From Chthonomonadales bacterium (GTDB lineage: Bacteria; Armatimonadota; Chthonomonadetes; Chthonomonadales; CAJBBX01): DNA of 64,000 bases. Positions 59,880-64,000 of this stretch are shown in pieces. Numbering within the stretch: position 1 is the first letter of the stretch; every line of letters begins with the position of its first letter. The notes beneath the pieces are model-generated. The model had not been told where the DNA came from. It saw nothing but the letters and a program-made list of their open reading frames with translations, and did no database searches. The position numbers and the translations under genes were made by a program. The DNA lies in contig JBBIPC010000017.1 in NCBI GenBank assembly GCA_037443035.1, positions 26,060-90,059 on the forward strand. The letters run 5' to 3'.

Positions 59880-60595
59880 GGCTTCGTCCCCACATGAGCA
59901 TAGACACTCGAGGCATGCATGGCCGTTGTCCGGACAGACGACAGACCTGCGCTCGCCATCATCCCACGAACATCCTCCGGCCGTGCGAACGCTTTGATCG
60001 AATCCCGAAGATACTCGTACGCCTCACGTTGCGAGAGCCACCCTCCTACGGTAGGCACGACGTAGCATTCATACAAGCGCACTAGCGCAGCACGAAAACG
60101 ATCGGGTGGCAGGCCAAACTCCAGACAGACGACACGTCCACCGGGCCGCACCACACGCGCCATCTCGGCGAAGACCTCTCGCGGTCGCGCTACGTTCCGT
60201 ATTCCAAACGCGATAGTAGCACAATCGAACGCACCTGAGGAAAACGGTAACACGTGGGCATCGGCCGCCGCGTACGCAACCAGCGTCCCATCGTTCCGTT
60301 TGCGCCGGGATTCTGCGGTCTCTAGCATCGGTGTGCAGAAGTCCACGCCAACGGTCAGCCCTCTTGCTCCGCAGTGGCGCGCCAGTAGCCGCGTCAAGTC
60401 GCCCGTACCGCAGCACACGTCCAGCGCCTTCCCTCCCGGAGGAGGTGCAGCGAGGCGTACCGCGACTCGACGCCAAGCTTGGTGCCGTCCGAGGCTCAGG
60501 ATTGTGTTGAGAAGGTCGTACCTGGGGGCGATGCCAGCAAACATGCGGCGTATGGTGTCGGAATCAGGATGATGGCGCATGCGAAGGCTGGTCAA
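59876..60595 (-). CDS. menG: UbiE/MenG family quinone C-methyltransferase
   Basis: MFAGIAPRYDLLN..LSLG, LDVCCGTGD, AFGIRNV, AYEYL.DSI. Start is 60595 or 60580. Confidence 0.85.
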   Translation of the reverse strand: MTSLRMRHHPDSDTIRRMFAGIAPRYDLLNTILSLGRHQAWRRVAVRLAAPPPGGKALDVCCGTGDLTRLLARHCGARGLTVGVDFCTPMLETAESRRKRNDGTLVAYAAADAHVLPFSSGAFDCATIAFGIRNVARPREVFAEMARVVRPGGRVVCLEFGLPPDRFRAALVRLYECYVVPTVGGWLSQREAYEYLRDSIKAFARPEDVRGMMASAGLSSVRTTAMHASSVYAHVGTKP

Positions 60596-60842
60596 TCGCG
60601 GTATGAGAAGTCACGGCGAGACGACATCAGGCAAGTGTTATTGTGGACCCATTCATCCTTGGCTGTCAATGCCGTTGTCTGGCAGTGCGCGCAGGCTGGC
60701 GACGCCGCAATGGCGCTCGGATAGGGTATACATTACTCAACCCGTAACGGTCTGTCAGGCAGAGGAGTGGGCGCAACCTGGAGAGCCCAGGTCTTATCGT
60801 GCCGACCGAAGCGGGCGAACAATTCAGACGGGAGGATGTGAC

Positions 60843-61346
60843 ATGGTGAAAGTGCTGTTGTCAGCGGCATGTGTGCTCATGCTGGCGTCGGCGACAATCG
60901 GGGCAAGTGCGTCGGCGCAGGTTCTGACCACTGGTCGGCAGCCGTACGGGACGTCGGTCATGCCTGTCACGATGAGCTTGCGTGGTGGAGCCATGCTTGC
61001 GCCGCGGAGTGCTGGTCTCGCCGGTGTGGATGTGGCCGTGCCTAGCGTAAGCCTGCTGGACGGGTGGGAAGGTCGGCTGGACGCGGATGTCATCTTCAAG
61101 GCCAACTTCGCCGAGATCAACACGGTGGTACCCGTGACGTTCTCGCAGATACATTACCTGCAGGACATGTCCGGACGATCTCTGTACTTCGGTGCCGGTG
61201 CTGGTGCCCTGCTGGGTGGCAAGGCGAAGCTCATCGGCAAGGGTATCCTCGGAATCGAGCTCAGCGCGCGTCTCGGTGTGGAAGGTAACGTCATCGTCAC
61301 CAACGACAAGACCATGGTGACAGTCGTGGGCCGCTTGCACCTGTAA
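60843..61346 (+). CDS. secreted protein, likely a small outer-membrane beta-barrel
   Basis: GGAGG RBS, signal peptide ending ASA-Q, amphipathic strands (LYFGAGAG, LGVEGNV) and C-terminal VVGRLHL. Confidence 0.65.
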   Translation: MVKVLLSAACVLMLASATIGASASAQVLTTGRQPYGTSVMPVTMSLRGGAMLAPRSAGLAGVDVAVPSVSLLDGWEGRLDADVIFKANFAEINTVVPVTFSQIHYLQDMSGRSLYFGAGAGALLGGKAKLIGKGILGIELSARLGVEGNVIVTNDKTMVTVVGRLHL

Positions 61347-61370
61347 CAGGGGCTACGGCTCCGTAAGTCC

Positions 61371-61407
61371 AAGGGCAACGGATCGCGGACCGTTGCCCTT
61401 CTTTCTT
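61371..61407 (+). terminator. intrinsic terminator between the convergent beta-barrel gene and rplA
   Basis: 11-bp stem AAGGGCAACGG/CCGTTGCCCTT followed by CTTTCTT. Confidence 0.7.
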
Positions 61408-61444
61408 CGAACTGTCGTGTGGCCGCGCAGGTCGAAGAAGCTTG

Positions 61445-62212
61445 CTAGATTCGCTCGGATGCCTTCTGCACCAACGCAGTATCCACTGGCACTCCGGGTC
61501 CCATTGTGGAACTCACCGTTACCTTCTTCAAGTAGCGACCCTTCGCAGACGATGGCTTGGCCTTGAGCAGGGCGTTCACGAGTGTGCACAGGTTCGCCGT
61601 GAGGTGTTCGACAGGGTAGCTGGCCTTGCCGATGGGGCAGTGGATGATACCCGCGCGCTCGACCCGGTACTCCGCCCGCGATGCACCCTTGATATCCTTC
61701 ACTACCTGCCCAACGTTCGGTGTTACCGTGCCAGACTTGGGGTTTGGCATACGCTGTTTCAGGATGCTACCAATACGACCGACCAGTGGCATCATGTCTG
61801 GTGAGGCTACGAAAATGTCGAACTGCGTCCAGCCTGGCCAGCCCTTCTGAATGCGCTCGACGAGATCCTCGGCGCCAACCTCGTCGGCCCCGGCCGCACG
61901 AGCGTCGTCGGCCTTCTCACCCCGCGCGAAGACAGCGACCTTGCGGGACTTGCCCGTACCGTAGGGCAAGTTGACTGTGCCACGAACGACCTGGTCACCG
62001 TGCCGCGGGTCTACACCTAGGTTGATGGCGGCCTCGACCGTCTCATCGAACTTGGCTGTGGCAAGCTCCTTGACCTTGGAAAGTGCTTCCTCTGGTGGGA
62101 GTGGTTCTGTAACGCCGAGCTGCTTGGCAATCTGTGAGTAGCGCTTGCTGTGTTTCGCGCGGCCAGCTCTGGCAGCGCGTCGCTGAGTGGTGCTGATTCT
62201 CGGTCCGGGCAT
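61445..62212 (-). CDS. rplA: 50S ribosomal protein L1
   Basis: [52 protein letters not shown] before MPGPR. Confidence 0.96.
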   Translation of the reverse strand: MPGPRISTTQRRAARAGRAKHSKRYSQIAKQLGVTEPLPPEEALSKVKELATAKFDETVEAAINLGVDPRHGDQVVRGTVNLPYGTGKSRKVAVFARGEKADDARAAGADEVGAEDLVERIQKGWPGWTQFDIFVASPDMMPLVGRIGSILKQRMPNPKSGTVTPNVGQVVKDIKGASRAEYRVERAGIIHCPIGKASYPVEHLTANLCTLVNALLKAKPSSAKGRYLKKVTVSSTMGPGVPVDTALVQKASERI

Positions 62213-62223
62213 ACGTATCTCCT

Positions 62224-62254
62224 GTGGTAGTGGCGGGGCCGGTGCCCCTCCCAC
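62224..62254 (-). promoter_or_regulatory. putative L1-binding autoregulatory RNA site between rplK and rplA
   Basis: Minus strand GTGG-GA-GGGGC-accg-GCCCC-GCCACTA-CCAC forms two helices around an asymmetric internal loop, directly before the rplA SD. Confidence 0.65.
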
Positions 62255-62264
62255 GATATCGGTA

Positions 62265-62690
62265 TTACTCCTCGACTGCTACACCCATGGATCGTGCGGT
62301 TCCGGCGACGATATGCATGGCAGCCTCGATGTCGTTGGCGTTCAGCTCCTTCATCTTGCGCTCGGCAATGTCGCGGAGCTGGTCGCGGGTGAGCGTACCT
62401 ACGTGCGTCTTGCCTGGGGTGGCCGAACCCTTCGGTAGCGCCAGCGCCGTCTTGATCAAGTCCGCGACAGGGGGTGCCTTGAGCACGAATGTATAGCTGC
62501 GGTCCTCGTAGATCGTGACGACGACCGGCACGACCTGACCAACCATGCTCGCCGTCTGCTCGTTGTAGTTCTTGATGAAATCCATCATGTTGATGCCGTA
62601 GGGGCCAAGCGAAGATCCCACCGGCGGCGCGGGTGTCGCCTTGCCGGCCTGGATCTGGAGTTTGACCACGGCAGTTACCTTCTTCGCCAC
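62265..62690 (-). CDS. rplK: 50S ribosomal protein L11
   Basis: [32 protein letters not shown]. Confidence 0.97.
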   Translation of the reverse strand: MAKKVTAVVKLQIQAGKATPAPPVGSSLGPYGINMMDFIKNYNEQTASMVGQVVPVVVTIYEDRSYTFVLKAPPVADLIKTALALPKGSATPGKTHVGTLTRDQLRDIAERKMKELNANDIEAAMHIVAGTARSMGVAVEE

Positions 62691-62708
62691 GTATTGCCTC
62701 CTGCCTGG

Positions 62709-63239
62709 CTATGCCTTCTCGACCTGGTTGAAGTCCAGTTCGAGGGGAGTATCACGGCCGAAAATCGAAATAAGCACGCGCAACTTCTGCTTCTCCACGT
62801 TGACTTCCTCGATCTTGCCTTCGAAGTCAGAGAACGGCCCTTCCGTAACGCGCACGATATCGCCCCGTGACCACTGCACTTTGGGGCGCTGACCAGTCGC
62901 TTCCTCGGAGTGGAGTATGGCCTGTACCTCCCGTTCCTGCAGAGGTACAGGCTTGTTGCCTGAGCTGACAAACCCCGTGACGCCGCTCGTGGACTTGACC
63001 AGATACCAGGTGTCGTCGTCTAGGATCATATTGATAAGGATGTATCCGGGGAAGACCTTTCTGCGGTATTCCGTCGTCTTACCGCCGCGACTCCGGACTT
63101 CCGTCTCCGTGGGGATGCGGATGTCAAAGACCTTATTCCGCAGGTTCCTTGCCTCTGCCTGTCGGAGAATGCTCGTCAGGACCTTGTTCTCGTGTCCAGA
63201 GTAAGTGTGGACCGCGTACCATTGAGGCTGCGAACTCAT
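62709..63239 (-). CDS. nusG: transcription termination/antitermination factor NusG
   Basis: WYAVHTYSGHENKV, FPGYILI, KOW motif GDIVRVTEGPF, IFGRDTP. Confidence 0.96.
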   Translation of the reverse strand: MSSQPQWYAVHTYSGHENKVLTSILRQAEARNLRNKVFDIRIPTETEVRSRGGKTTEYRRKVFPGYILINMILDDDTWYLVKSTSGVTGFVSSGNKPVPLQEREVQAILHSEEATGQRPKVQWSRGDIVRVTEGPFSDFEGKIEEVNVEKQKLRVLISIFGRDTPLELDFNQVEKA

Positions 63240-63247
63240 CCCTGCAC

Positions 63248-63490
63248 CTACCTGAAAAGCTTGAGACTGATAGTCAGTCGTGTCAAGATGAAGTCTATGA
63301 TGCCCACGTACACGGCAACGACGACGATCACGGTAAGAACGACCATGGTGAGTCGCCATGCCTCCCTAGGCGTCGGCCAGGTCGTTTTTTTCAGTTCTAC
63401 GATTACCTCTTGGATGAATCGTGTAGCGCTGACCAGAAAACCTGGTGCGCGAGTGAGTGTCGTCGTCTGTTTGTCGTTCGTTGTAGCCAT
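63248..63490 (-). CDS. secE: preprotein translocase subunit SecE
   Basis: ELKKTTWPT plus one TM helix; located between tRNA-Trp and nusG. Confidence 0.93.
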   Translation of the reverse strand: MATTNDKQTTTLTRAPGFLVSATRFIQEVIVELKKTTWPTPREAWRLTMVVLTVIVVVAVYVGIIDFILTRLTISLKLFR

Positions 63491-63617
63491 CTACCACTAT
63501 CCTTCTGTGCACGCACAAGCGGCGGCACGGCTGCGGTTCGGTGAGTCGAATAGGATGCGTGGGTACCGGAACGAGCGTGGCGCCATCATAACGTGCCCGG
63601 TAGCCGGACCATATGCA

Positions 63618-63693
63618 TGGCAGGGGTGGCAGGATTCGAACCCGCGACCGCCCACTTTGGAGGCGGGTGCTCTACCAGCTGAGCTACACCCCT
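63618..63693 (-). tRNA. tRNA-Trp (anticodon CCA)
   Basis: Minus strand AGGGGTGTAGCTCAGCTGGTAGAGCACCCGCCTCCAAAGTGGGCGGTCGCGGGTTCGAATCCTGCCACCCCTGCCA, 76 nt with encoded CCA. Confidence 0.96.
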
Positions 63694-63755
63694 GCGTCCT
63701 GGTGGTTGCCTGCACTGCAACGGCGGCGCAGTGTGGGCGTACGCACCAAGCTCCG

Positions 63756-63920
63756 TTATCTACTCTCCCGATGCGACACGTGCCGCCTGCATGTCGGACA
63801 GAACTTCCGCAACTCCAGCCGTTCCTGGTGCTTCACACGATTCTTGGAGGTCGTGTAATTGCGCGACCGACATTCCGTGCAGGCGAGAACGACGATGATC
63901 CTGTTTTCCTTGGCGGCCAT
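63756..63920 (-). CDS. rpmG: 50S ribosomal protein L33 (zinc-binding form)
   Basis: Not in the ORF track. Manual translation: [54 protein letters not shown]. Confidence 0.95.
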   Translation of the reverse strand: MAAKENRIIVVLACTECRSRNYTTSKNRVKHQERLELRKFCPTCRRHVSHRESR

Positions 63921-63926
63921 GAAGTG

Positions 63927-64000
63927 CTACTCCAGGATCTTCGTTACGACGCCTGCGCCGACGGTATGTCCGCCTTCGCGTACAGCGAAGCGGAGACCTT
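63927..64000 (-). CDS. tuf: elongation factor Tu, 3' end only
   Basis: The minus strand translates as GLRFAVREGGHTVGAGVVTKILE-stop. Confidence 0.93.
   Translation of the reverse strand, partial: GLRFAVREGGHTVGAGVVTKILE

Noticed and set aside
63497..63858. ORFs 63497..63715 (-) and 63613..63858 (+)
   Set aside because: They overlap tRNA-Trp and rpmG and are spurious.

Overview
GC-rich bacterial chromosome window, densely coding and mostly core or metabolic. The DUF1559-type prepilin-like gene and outer-membrane components (TolC, a small beta-barrel) suggest a diderm such as Armatimonadota; this is inference only. In order, it holds a partial PQQ-repeat beta-propeller gene missed by the ORF track, a TIGR03960-type radical SAM gene, a fused E1 plus E2 2-oxoacid dehydrogenase, tkt, a PlsC-like acyltransferase, a 7Fe ferredoxin and a PduO-type adenosyltransferase. 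Next come a ~1920-aa secreted protein with 13 Ig-like repeats, an atypical Hsp70, a YfhO-like protein, greA, a GT4 glycosyltransferase, a tricorn-like S41 peptidase, a small-protein/prepilin-like pair, ruvB and a 2-oxoacid:ferredoxin oxidoreductase. These are followed by carbohydrate genes, pckA, a TolC-MFP-RND/oxidoreductase/HpnJ-like/CBM9-GH5 run, tRNA-Glu and a MenG-like to LarC/UroD-like run. The window ends with tuf-rpmG-tRNA-Trp-secE-nusG-rplK-rplA, not followed by rplJL. I saw no CRISPR array, IS element, integrase or prophage, and I cannot demonstrate a new biological system. The best leads are the Ig-repeat surface protein locus, the small Pro-rich partner of the prepilin-like gene, and the orphan HpnJ-like enzyme. 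Family calls come from recalled motifs, not database searches.
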